Origin: Chiloscyllium plagiosum
Taxonomy: Eukaryota
Direction: 5' to 3'
DNA: 64,000 nt
Assembly (NCBI RefSeq): GCF_004010195.1
Contig: NC_057728.1
Span: 47,588,166-47,652,165 of the forward strand
Shown: one piece after another, positions 49,629 to 62,064 of the stretch
Numbering within the stretch: position 1 is the stretch's first letter
Layout of the letters: each line of letters begins with the position of its first letter
The notes under the pieces: model-generated
What the model was told of the DNA's origin: nothing
The model's database searches: none
The model's input: the letters and a program-made list of their open reading frames with translations, nothing else
Translations under genes and position numbers: made by a program

Positions 49629-50349
49629 GTAAGTAAAAGTTTGTTTTCTCACACTTAAGTCCTTCAGATATTTACTTTCGAACATGCAAATTGTTACTTA
49701 TTTTCAAGTTTGCATCTTACTGGTGGTAAAATTTGAGCAGTTAGCCTGCATTTAGTCCAGCATGTTCTACTTCTTAAAGACTCCACCTTAGCTGAGTTAA
49801 GCATTAAATACTTCCACAGTGATGCATATAGTTTTAAGAACAGTGTAAGAAAGACTTCTAGACTCAATCATAGAACATAACATAAAGTACAGCACAGAAC
49901 AGGCCCTTTGGCCCACGATGTGCTGAGGTTTCATCCTAATGTAAAATATAACAACTTAACCTACGCACCTCTCAACTCACTGCTATCCATGTGCATGTCC
50001 AGCAGTCACTTAAATGTCCCTAATGAAGAATGGGCATTTGGTTGAAGCATCATACTAATTCAGATTAGTCCCTGCTTGAGAGAAAAAGGAAACTGAGGAA
50101 GAAAATGTTCAAGTTCTAATGTGGATATTGATCATGTGGAGATAATTTAAATTGAAATGTGCATTAAAGTTTTTAGTTGGAAGATATGGCAGAATAGAGT
50201 GGGGCATTTAACTTGCAAACGGTTCGAAGCACATTAAATGAATGCATGTGAATTCATCTACTGCAGCTTTGTCTCACATGACTTGTGAAGTTTAATGACT
50301 ACTACATTATTGCATTACGTATGACACTGAGCTGTGCTGTCACCTTAAC

Positions 50350-51280
50350 TCCTGGATCCACATTTTTTTAAGACCGTAGCTGTCTCCCCACTACACCCAT
50401 CCTTTCACCCATCTCCATAATTCTCGTTCCACTTTGATCCTCCTCTTTGGCTTTGCACTTGTACTTGATCTCTTCGTTGAAACTGTCAATGTGGCATGGG
50501 CCACTTAATTTCTCTGATCTCCCTCACCACCCTAACTTGTTTCCTTCTGAACTTGGACTTTTTTTTTCCAGATTTAACCCAGTGTTATCCAATCTGCTTA
50601 GAGGGATGTTGCTGTTGTCACCTGATGTGCTGGCCTCCACCTTGCACTATATAATCAGTGCTCCCTTTTTCTAGAGAAAACAAATGGTTTAATTTTAGTT
50701 TTGTTTTTCATACATCTCTAGCCTTCACCTGAGCCAGCTCTGCTTCTTCACGTCCTTGATATCTTCAATTTCTGGGTATTTCAGTCACCAATATTCATTA
50801 CAAACATGGTGACTTCCATAGGTATTTTAACTGGACCTCCTCATACCCAGCTTCCTGTAGGCGCCTCATTCTGTTCTCACAGCCTTTCAATCTCTGTCTC
50901 TGTAGCGATGATGCCACCTTTCACATGTCCTTTTTCTCTTTTCAACAAAGGATTTGCTTCCATGATTGATGGGGCCTCGGCTGTCTCTGCATTTCTCACA
51001 CTTCTCCCTCATTTTGTCTCCCTCCCCCTCATTTCCTCTTGCTCTCCCCCCTCCCCACTCCACCACCTCCAACCCCCAGCAAGGACAATTGGATTCAGTT
51101 GTCCTTGTCTTTCACCTGCTTCTACATTCAAAGAGTCATTTCCTGCCACCTCCAGTAGGATGTCGAATTTCTTTTACTGATGCCCAAAGCAAGCTGAAGG
51201 AACAGCACTTCCATTTTCGCTTAGTCACTTTGCAGCCTTCAGGACTCAACATTGAATTCAGCAGCTTCAGCGCATGAATG
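50350..51280 (+). mobile_element. Old Neptune-type PLE remnants
   Basis: KLKEQHFHFRLVTLQPSGLNIEFSSF (PLE endonuclease C-terminus); heavily decayed. Confidence 0.6.
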
Positions 51281-51675
51281 TTTTGATTTCCTTGTGTCTT
51301 TGTTTGCATAAGTTTTCTTTCAGTAAAAATGACCTATTTTAATACAAATCTCACTTAGTATTAATGCCTGTTTACACCGATAAAACTCCTCTACTATCAT
51401 TGCACCCCACCTTGTTTGTTTTTTTTTTGCTTTGGGCACACTCCTTGTCGGTTTCATTTGGTCTTGCTTTGTCAACGGTATAAAGGTATTCATTTCTCTG
51501 TCCCCTTCACGTTTGAAGATGACTGACTGGACTTGGAGCATGAAATCTTTTCTGTCTCTGCAGATGCCAGACCTATTGAATTTCTCCACATTATTTCAGG
51601 AATGATTCTGGAAATTGTGACACAAATATATATGCAAGTTAAAAATGTAGCATGTAACATTCATTTTTGTTTCAG

Positions 51676-51801
51676 CACCTCCTTACACAACTTTCAAAGA
51701 CAGAAGGAAATGGAAGCCCCAACTTTCAAGAAAACAAGTTTCTGAAAGTAGCACCATTAATGGCAGTGATGATGAACAAAATTCTGGACCAATAAGATAT
51801 G
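51676..51801 (+). CDS. ZFC3H1: ZFC3H1 coding exon (19th visible)
   Basis: TPPYTTFKDRRKWKPQ...SDDEQNSGPIRY; phase 1/1. Confidence 0.92.
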
Positions 51802-52717
51802 GTATGCAATCAGATTTCTGTAGATAGGCTTAAGCCAAGTTTGAAAAGCCATTTGATTTTGATTTTGCAATGTTTGGACAAAGCGATCTTTATCCATTCT
51901 GAATATGGGCAACTGTTCTTTGAATTAAGGTGGATCATTGATAAAGCAGTATACAGTTGACATGGTTCACCTATTCAGTTTTTCATTCATGGTGTGATTT
52001 TAATAGCACAGTCCTCCTTCATGTCTCCTTTGACAGTAGATGGTCTTGATAAGATAGGGTTTATTGCATAAACAAACTTTTCCTTTCACCTTAGATAAAA
52101 ATGCATCAAAAATCTATCCTTCAAAGGCCAGAAGTATTTTCCTAGCAACAATTCAAATAAACAATTTTTAACACCTGGTATTAACTCATGAAGTTCTTAA
52201 ACTGGAATTATGTAGCTAGATATAGGATTTGCAGAGAGGTTTGGTTTAATCTTAATCCCAACTGTAATTGTTTAGTAAACACTTCAAAGAAAAGACCACT
52301 AAACATTGTATTGTTTTTTAAGTGTTTGGGCATTACTGATACCTGGTATCTTTGATTTTCTTTTAGAACCAGCTTTAACAAGGGAACTACTTTACATATT
52401 GTAAAGCTGGAAATGTTGGGGGCCATCACTGCCCCAACAATATCTCTACTGTTCATGCTGCAATAAATCTCGTTCCTCCAATTAAAGGCAACACTTCAAT
52501 ACTTGAATGTCTTTGTGGGGGGGAATTAGTTTGTCACAGGGAGGCTGTGGTGTCTTTTTGAGCAGTGCAGTGAAATTTTGTAAACTGTACACCATGTAAT
52601 TGTTTTAAAATTTATCACAAATCAGCTATTTTCACGGGGATATTTTCTTCAATGCTCAGTTCCTCAAGTTTGGATCGCTTTTCTGTGGAACACAAAACAA
52701 TATCCTCTATGTTTCAG

Positions 52718-52904
52718 CCAAGTCTGTGGAACATCCGTGGCCTGGAACCCAAGCTTTGGATGCAGTTATTACCCCAGATGATGTTCGGTATTTTACAGCA
52801 GAGACTGATGACATTGCCAATCTCGAAACAAGTGCGATGGAAAATCCTCAAGATGTGCAGCTTTGGCTTAAACTTGCATATAAATATATGAATCAGAAGG
52901 AAGG
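52718..52904 (+). CDS. ZFC3H1: ZFC3H1 coding exon (20th visible)
   Basis: ALDAVITPDDVRYFTAETDDIANLE...VQLWLKLAYKYMNQKEG; phase 1/2. Confidence 0.92.
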
Positions 52905-54254
52905 GTATGTTTTTTAGTAATTTCCTCAACTAATGAAAGTAAATGAAGTAACTGCAGATAGGTTAATATTTAATTTGTTTAATTAAAATTCATTTGGTAA
53001 GACATTCCCTTGGAGAGGGTTAAAATATTGTCAAAGAAACTAATCCTTAACAACTCGTTCAAAGAAAATTTGAGTTGTCGTTGGCATATGTAGTTTTTTT
53101 GCTTTACATATGTAGTGCATTATAGTACCCTTTAGATAGCTTTCAGATGTGCTAAATTGTGTATTAACATATTTTCAAAATATCTGCATTTGTTAGATAT
53201 TTCAAGTAGTGTTAAACTTTTCCAGTTTTTGTTCTGTAAGATACAGGTTGGCCATAACATAAAAAGCAAAACTCAAATTTTACCAGAGTTATTTTTTCAC
53301 CAGGTTTTGCAGGCCATATAAAATGAAGGCCATGAATATTTAATATTTTGTGCAGCATACTAATTGTTTCAACACCACAAAATATGGGAGTTGAAGTTTT
53401 GACTAGGCTTGTTCTTTTACAGCCTGGGTTTACTTAAATTGCGTTGAATCAGTTGCTTGTGTGCATGAGCACTAAGATCAGTGATACTTGGTACATATCA
53501 GCTGCAATTTAAATGCAGAAAGGTTTTGAATCTAATTTGTTTCTTATTGAGAATAAGCCACTTGAATCTTGGATTCCATTAAGTCAGGAAGGCCGAACAT
53601 GGGAAGCTATGAACTATAGAAACCACTCTTAAACAAACATAACATACATAAAAATACGATGTATGTTTTGATTTTGGAAGCTTGGAAAATTAATTACAAT
53701 GCAAATTAATATTTTGCAGATATGTTTTAGTTTTTGAGACTGACCTATTAACATACTATTGCAGTCAGCTATTTTTGTTTAAAGTCAAATCTTAGGCTAA
53801 TTAAAAGTAGAACCATCTGTGTAACATTCAGCTGTACCTTTTTTTTTAAAGCTTCCCTCCTTGTGATCGCCATCCCAATTGCAGGGATCTGTTCTCTTGT
53901 GATCCTGCTCTGATCCTTCTGTGTACAGTTTTTCTTCCCCCCACTTATTTTTTTCCTTTATCCATTTGTTTAAAAGGGCAGAATCTGATCTGTAGCTTTA
54001 GAAATCAGTTTGCTACTGATTTGATTTTGTGCCAGTTTTAAAATGTCAGACAACTGACATTGATATTTCTATTGCTGTCTCTGCACCCAAATTACTTCTG
54101 TTTTTCTCTGCCAATTCATTTTTAAGGAAGTTCAAGTAGGATGCTATAAGTCTTCAATTCTGAGGGAGTTTCTTAAACATTGTTAAATCACTGGTTATTT
54201 ATGTTTGGCCAAAGTTCTGCAAGAGCTAATAGTCATTCAGTGTTTCAACCAAGA

Positions 54255-55350
54255 GACCAAAGGGGCAAATTTTGCATGCAGATGGGGGTACATGTATGGA
54301 ATGAGCTGTCAGAGGAAGTGATGGACACAAGTACAATTGCAGCATTTAAAAGGTATTTGGATAAGTATGTGAATAGGAAAGGTCTGGCGGGATATGGGCT
54401 AAGCGCTGGCAAGTGGGACTAGATTAGGTTGAGATATCTGATCAGCATGGATCAGTCGGACAGAAGGGTCTGTTTCCATGCTGTACATCTCGATGATTAA
54501 AAGAACTTGAGTAATAACTATTTTAAGGATGTTACTAGCATAGTGGATATACAGGAACCAGTGGATATGGCTTATTTGGACTTTCAGAAGGCATTTTATA
54601 AAATTCCACACGAGGCTACTGACCAACATCAGCATGAATGGAAGGGGGTAATATACTGCACTGGATTGAGGTAAGTATAAGGATATCCACTTTAGAAGGA
54701 ATTGAGATGAGGATTATTTCTTCAATGATTTGTAAGTGTTAATATCCAAAGGCACCTGGGTTTCCTTGTTCATAAATCATTGAAAGGTAAATATAGGTGT
54801 AGCAATGCATTAGGATGGTCAATTTTACTATATGTTGATTTCATCGGAAGAGGATTTGAGTACAGCATTAGAGCTGTGTTGCTTCAATTGTATAAAACCT
54901 TAGTAAGACGACACCTGGATTGCTGTGTGCACTGTTTCTGCTTACCTAAGTAAGGATATACTTGCTGTTGTGCAAGGTAAACCAGACTTGCCTCCTGGTA
55001 TGGCACGACAGCCCTATAAAGAGAGGAGGAGACTGAGCCAGTATTTAGCATTTGAAAGCAAGTGATGTCAATGAAACTTTTTTAAAACAAAACTTCAAGA
55101 GCTCAGCAAGGTAGTTGCACAAAGATTGTTTCCCTTGGCTATGGGTGCCTGGACTTGGAGGCATAAGTTTATTTGGGGGACAGTGACCCTGTGGAATTTT
55201 CCAAAGGACTTTGACAACTCAGTTATTAACTGTGTTCCAGACAGATCAGTGCACATTAATATCAAGGAATATGTGAATGTTACAAGAAATGTTGAGGTAG
55301 ATATAGAATGCTCAAACAGCCTAAAGGGTTTAGTAGCCTGTTCTTCATTT
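54255..55350 (+). mobile_element. CR1-type LINE fragments
   Basis: VHVWNELSEEVMD..FKRYLDKYVNRKG plus tail to ~54497, followed by an older decayed RT fragment. Confidence 0.65.
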
Positions 55351-57454
55351 GTTTGTTTGTGTTCCAATGTTTGATGGCAACTTGATGAAGGGTATAGCAA
55401 CCAAGTCTAATCCTTGTTTCTACTTGCAGTTTCCTTTCTCTTCATTCCTCCCACATTCTTCTCTACACTGCCTGTTTTGTATACAAATAAATGAAAGCCA
55501 AAATGTGATTCATGTTCTCTATTGATATGAAGACTTCCTACTATCGAAAGTTCTCCCTCTTTCCTGTTTAAATAATTAATAATTTTCACAAAGTTTCCAT
55601 CAGTTTGCTGTGTAGTGTCTCATCTCTTCATCTGAAGCCCACATTTATTTCTCTCTTTATGTAGTCCTGCACAGTGCTTAAAGGCACAGCAGCACAGGAA
55701 CTTCTGCTTCTGATGTATTCCTGTATACTTTCTAAATGAGTTCGTTTGAATTGCAGTGCATTTGATTTTTGAGAAATACAAGTATTGATTGAGATTTCTA
55801 TGCTTGTTAAAAATGAGAGAATCTGATGACCAAGTGAGTAGAGATAGGAATAACTGCCACCTGGAAATATCAGGGAGAAGCAAGTGGCATTGGGCAGAGT
55901 TTCCCAGTTACAGCGGCTTCTGGAGCTTTTTGAAATTGAGGTGTGATTGTGTTTCAGGAATTTGGTTCATGACATGCCAATGGGGAGAGAACAGTGTGTT
56001 CTCTTTATTGGATCAGATTGTTCTATACTAAGGAAAATGCATCCAGGGTTCTTACTATAAAATGTTAAATGTGTTCATCCACCATTTGGCTACAAAGCAG
56101 AAATATTTTGTTGTCTTAATTAAATAACAGATTAGTCATACTTGTCGAACAGTGTTTCATCAGGCGAGTGGCTGAACAATACTGCTGCAAAACGTATTTA
56201 AATACATAAATTAGCATTCATAATCCTACACAGCAATACTTTGGTTCCTTTCTTTTTTTTGCCTTACTTACCTTCAGCTTTTCCCATTCATTTATGAATT
56301 TCAGTTTTGCTATAGTTATGGCTGTGGCTACTTCAGGCTTTGAGACAGGTTTCTAAAGGGCCTAATGCATTTCTGACGTAATCAGCAATAGCAGAGGTAT
56401 TTTCTATGTATGGTGCCCACTTATTTGCTATGAATCTACTGCATCACAAGTTTTCAAGATTTTAGAAAATCACTTTTAACTTAGCAAGATGCTCCTCTTA
56501 GTATTGGGAAAGCCCAGAATTTCCAAAATAGGCAATCACTCTTCATGAGTGTTTGCTGATGACAACTTGTCAACAACTTTTTCCTTGCTCATATGTTTGA
56601 ATGTACTTTCTCCACTACATTTGGACTATTTAAAAACTCAAATTTTAGAATTTGGAATAACTCGATCGATTAGGGCATAGACGTTGGATTGAGAGTCTTG
56701 TGAAGAAACTTTTTTTTAAAAACATGTAGTTTTAAGTCAGTCATTAATATGGAATGACTCAGTTACCCATGAGTTGATTCTTTGAACTTATTTGGTTACT
56801 CTGGTTGATGTTAAATACCCAGTTACATTTCATTAAACAGACTTGAGTTTTTGGGAGGTATCTGTCAGGAATGAGTGGTAATTACTAAGTTCTTTTGAAA
56901 TCAGCTTTTGATGATTGACATGTGGGTAGGTAAGATGGTAGGTAGGAGTTGTTGAAATATGGGAGAACCCAATATAGCCTGTGGCGAAGCAAAAAATTAT
57001 TGATCAGAACCTCCAGATTTCCATGTTTTCCCATTTGTGCTAAATCTTAAAGTTATAGCCTGATTCAGAAGAATAATGACGGTCAAGCAAGAAAGCTGAT
57101 ACTTCAAATGCCCTAAATTTGAACTGAAACATGCCACATCATTAAAATCTGAGTTGTACTTTGTGGTTATTTATTTAAGTAAATACTTCGTTTGAGACAG
57201 TTGCTCCTTGTCAGTATTTGTCACTAATATATTTTGTTTTAAAAAGTTTAACATCATCAATATTCTAGAGAGGTCACATTTCCCCTCAAAGTACTCTAAG
57301 CTGCTTGGTATTGTTATTTTCCTTCTTAAATGATGAGAAAATTAGTATGTGGGCATTATGGGGATGGTGCTACATTGTAATGTTAAATGGTAGAATTTGT
57401 CTAGGAAACAGTCTCATTGTGAAGTTCACATTGGTTTTAATTCCTTTCTACTAG

Positions 57455-57641
57455 GACTCCAACAGAATGTTTAGATGCAGCATTGAATGCTTTAGCTCGA
57501 GCACTTGAAATTAACAGAACAGATCCTGAGATTTGGTGCCACTATCTCAACTTGTTTTCAAAAAGAGGTACAAAGGAAGAGGTTCAAGAAATGTGCGAGA
57601 CAGCTGTACAGTATGCCTCTACAAATGCTGTTTGGTGGACT
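57455..57641 (+). CDS. ZFC3H1: ZFC3H1 coding exon (21st visible), start of HAT/TPR region
   Basis: LDAALNALARALEINRTDPEIWCHYLNLFSKRGTKEEVQEMCETAVQYA; phase 2/0. Confidence 0.93.
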
Positions 57642-59137
57642 GTAAGTACTTTGGAATTTTCTGGAGCTTGTTCATGTTAGATAACATGGAAATATAGAAA
57701 GCAGGAGCTGGCTGATCATCCAACTCAGTAACGTGTGCCTGCTTTTTTCCTGTACCCTTTGAATATTTCAATCCTAAGAACTAGATCTGTTCGTAATATG
57801 GTAAAGAATTGTGGTAACTGGAGAGCTGCGTCTCAGACGAGTCAAAAAGTCTACCTTTTGAGTATTGCACCAGCCCTGTGTATGTCCTGTCCCATTGGTA
57901 GGACAGCCACAGGAGAAGTGGTGGTACAGTTACATCTGGATGGCTATGAATTGACCCGAGAGTACTCAACATTGACCCTGTGCTCCTTGAAATTTTGAAA
58001 AATTCATTTGTGAAATGTGGGTGGTGTTGCCTGGGCCAGCACTTATTGTCGAGTTGCCATTGAAAAGTAATGGTGAGCTGCCTTTTTGAACCGTTGTGGT
58101 TCGTTTAGTTTAGGTGGACCCACAATATAGCAAGGCATGGAGTTACTTATACCATGTCATCAAGTCAAAGAAACCTGATTACCATAAGTCCCTGCAGCCC
58201 CCACCTTGTTGTTGAATCAGTGTTTCATGTTTGCAGCTACTTGGAAGAAGCACTGAGGGTTGCAAGATCACTTGGGAAAGACTGATGGTGGCTAAGGGTG
58301 CAGAATGTACTCTGGGCATTAGACTCTATTGCCATTCGTTGAGTGATTCAGAAGTACTACGAATGGTTAAGCTGGTTGAGTCCTAAAGGACATCCTTCCT
58401 AGATTGTGATTGTGGCAGGTGATGAGGGACCCAACAAGAGGGAGAAATGTACTTGACCTTATCCTTGAGAACCTGTAGACTGTAGATGAACTTGTTTATG
58501 ACGAGCAGATATACGCTCGTAGCAGCAAAAATATGGGAATGCCAGGGCCTGCAAGTTCTTCTCTGAGCCACCCATCATCCTGAGTTGGGAATACATTGCA
58601 TTTCCTTCACTATTGCTGGTTCACATTCCTGGAGCTTCCTCCCTGATCGCATTGTCGATCTCTGTCCACCAAATGGACTGCAATGGTTAAAGACAGCTCA
58701 CCATGATGTTCTCCAGGGCAAATAAGGATGGGCAATAAATGCTGGATCAGCCACAAAGTCTTTGAATTTAAAAAACAAACTTGCTCTGAATCCAGAGTTT
58801 CCATGTTGTACAGTGATGTGAAAGTCCTGCTTATTGGAGGTGCCATTTTTCAGTTGAGATATTAAATCCAGTTCTCATGTTTTGATATTGGACTATGTTA
58901 CTGTAGCAAGTATTATTAGAAGGGAATGAGTAGAGATTCTCTCCATGTTCTAGCCAAAATGTAACACTTAATCATCAAAGAATTGTTAACTTATCAGTTA
59001 CTTTATTATGGTTTGTTTGTAATTTACCTTCAGTGGTTTCCCCATCTAACGTTGTTCCAAAGTGCCCGAGTATGTGCACTTTGGAAGATTTGAGATTGAT
59101 CTTCCTTTAGATCCATAATGTTATTTTCTGATTGCAG

Positions 59138-59329
59138 TATTTGACGCTCGAGAATTCTTTTGATGGAAAAGACTACGTGTGTAGTCGAATTGTGCAGTTC
59201 CTGATGGAAACAATTGAAAAATCTGAAAAATCTGAAATTCTATCTTTTCAACTACTTCAATCCCTTCTTTTTTGGGTGCAATTAAGTCTGTTTACTGGAA
59301 GACATCAGAATGCACTGGCCATCTTTCAG
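59138..59329 (+). CDS. ZFC3H1: ZFC3H1 coding exon (22nd visible); gene continues beyond window
   Basis: YLTLENSFDGKDYVCSRIVQFL...ILSFQLLQSLLFWVQLSLFTGRHQNALAIFQ; phase 0/0. Confidence 0.92.
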
Positions 59330-59759
59330 GTTTGTATTTTGGACATCATTGAGTTCGAAATTGTATGTTTTGATACACTGAAAGAAGTGTATGGTGTCCT
59401 CAGCTTTGATTTTGGAATATGGAAGCAAGAGAGCATGCTTTTTAAACCGTGATTTGGCCCCAGTAGGTGGTGGTCAATTCTGAAACACTGCTTTAGGAAA
59501 GATGTTGAGGCCTTTTAAATTGACAAAGTTTTGCTCTTGAGCTTCTATCCTTGATAGTTGGCTACCTGTGGGAATAGTTTCAATATGATTTCCTGTGGGC
59601 ACTCTCTTTTTATGGTGCAGTAATATCGATAAATAAATTTTAAATGAAATATTTGTGTAGCTTTGCACAGTTTTGCTATGGTGTAAGGAATTCCTAACAA
59701 TGAAAATCAAGGGTGGAGGGTGGATACTCTCCACTCAATATAATCATACCTGACACAAA

Positions 59760-61607
59760 GGAGGGTGGTGATGGTTGGAGGGAAGTCATCTCAGGTCCAG
59801 AATATCTCTGCAGGAGTTTCTCAGCTTAGTGTCATCGGCCCTGCCATTTTCAGCTTCATCAATTACTTTCCCTCATATGGTTTAGGAGTAGAAATGTTTG
59901 CCAATAACTGCACAATGTTGAGCACCATTGGCAACTCCTCAGATACTGAAACAATCTGTGTCTAACTGCTGCAAGACCTGCATATTATCAAGACTTGGGC
60001 TGAAAAATGGCATGAAACATTTGTGCCACATGAATCCAGGCAATATCTCCAATTTGATATTCAGTGAATTTGTCATCATTGAATACCCCATTATGAACAT
60101 TCTGGGGGTTCCATTGACCATAAACTGAACTGGATGAGCCATATAAATAAAGTGGCAACAAGAGATCAGAAACTCGGAATCCTGAAGCAAATAACTCTCA
60201 CCACCTGACTCCCCAGAAGCTGTCCATCACCTAAAAGGCACAACTGTGACAGAATACTCCCCACTTTCCTGGATGAAAGCAGTTCAAAATACGTACAACA
60301 CAGATGGCCTCCTTCTTCAAGGACCGCAATTTCCCCCCCGACGTGGTCGACGGTGCCCTCCACCGCATCTCCTCCACTTCCCGCTCCTCCGCCCTTGAGC
60401 CCCGCCCCTCCAACCGCCACCAGGACAGAACCCCACTGGTCCTCACCTACCACCCCTCCAATCTCCATGTACAGCGCATCATCCGCCGTCACTTCCGCCA
60501 CCTCCAAACAGACCCCAGCACCAAGGATATATTTCCCTCCCCACCCCTATCAGCTTTCCGTAGAGACCACTCCCTCCGCGACTCCCTTGTCAGATCCACA
60601 CCCCCCACCGACCCAACCACCACTCCCGGCACCTTCCCTTGCAACCGCAGGAGGTGCAACACTTGCGCCCACACCTCCCCCCTCACCTCTCTCCAAGGCC
60701 CCAAAGGAAACTTCCATATCCGCCACAGATTCACCTGCACCTCCACCCACATCATCTACTGCATCCGCTGCAGCCGGTCTGGCCTCCTCTATATTGGGGA
60801 GACAGGCCGCCTACTTGCGGAGCGATTCAGAGAGCACCTCTGGGCCACCCGGACGAACCAACCCAACCAACCTGTAGCACAGCATCTCAACTCCCCCTCC
60901 CACTCCACCGAGGATATGCAGGTCATTGGACTCATCCACCGCCAAACCACAACAACCCGACGGTCGGAGGAGGAACGTCTTATCTTCCGACTGGGAACCC
61001 TCCAACCACAGGGGATGAACTTGGACTTCACCAGTTTCTTCATCCCCCCTCCCCCCACCTTGTCTCAGCCGAATCCCTCCAGCCCGGCACCGCCTTCCTG
61101 ACCTGCAGTTTCAACTTTGATCTCCAGCATCTGCAGACCTCACTTTCTCCTGAAAGCAGGTACAACAATGCTCAAGCATTGACACTACCCAGGACAAAGC
61201 AGCCCACTTGATTGACACCATAATCACAAACATCCATTCCTGCTACCATCAATGCTCCGTAGCAGCAATGTGTACCATGTACCCAATGTACTGCAGAACT
61301 TGACCAGGACTACTTGGATAACATATACCAAGGTCATGGACGCTAACATCAGGAAGGGAAGGGGCAGCAGAAGGGAATACGACAACCAAGCTCCCCTCCA
61401 AGCCACTCTCCTCCATGATTCTGAAATATATTGCCACTCCTTCACTCGCTGGGTCAAAATACTGGAAACCCCTCCATTTTGGCGTTGTCCTACAGCAAGA
61501 GGATTGCAGCAATTCAAGAAGGCAACTCAAGACCACCACCTCAAGGGAACTAGGGATGGGCGAATGCTAGCCAAGCCAGCGGCACCCACAGTCAAGAATA
61601 AATAAAA
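59760..61607 (+). mobile_element. Decayed CR1/L2-clade LINE interrupted by a PLE
   Basis: Encodes ISAGVSQLSVIGPAIFSFIN..MFANNCT; 3' tail ...tagggatgggcgaatgctagcc...aataaataaaa. Confidence 0.65.
60291..61150 (+). mobile_element. Young Neptune-type PLE 3' fragment with open Zn-linker and GIY-YIG endonuclease
   Basis: 265-aa ORF at 60304-61101 includes PGTFPCNRRRCNTC, CTSTHIIYCIRCSRSGLLYIGETGRLLAERFREH and LGTLQPQGMN. Direct repeat tgaaagcag at 60274-60282 and 61151-61159. Confidence 0.88.
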
Positions 61608-62064
61608 GTGTTGGAAATTGGTTCATCAGTATATTAATTATGATTGAGTTCCAAATTTCAAGCTGCCTTGATGGTTTAATGATTTCATATGTACTGTGAG
61701 TGCTCTTGAGCAGCAATTTCCCACTTGTGGGTACAGGCCATATGGGTGGGCAACCTGATTTGTATTTCCAGTTATTTTTTCTGTTCTCATTTGGTGTCTC
61801 TTGGAATTAAATGAGCCTGTAGGTTTGAAAAAGATTATCTTTGGAGTATTGCTTTATTGGTGATAAAATTCTGAATTTCAAATCCAAGATCCTTTGTATT
61901 AGGAATTTAAAGTATTGGAACAGTTCTCATAAATACTGGCCTTCATGACTACAGTTACTGTGAGATGTAATCTCACAGGCTTGTGGCATATTTCAAGCTT
62001 GTATTGTGTTCTCTGTAGTTTGATAGTGTTGGAAACCATGCTAAGAGATTTGGTGTCTCTTAGA

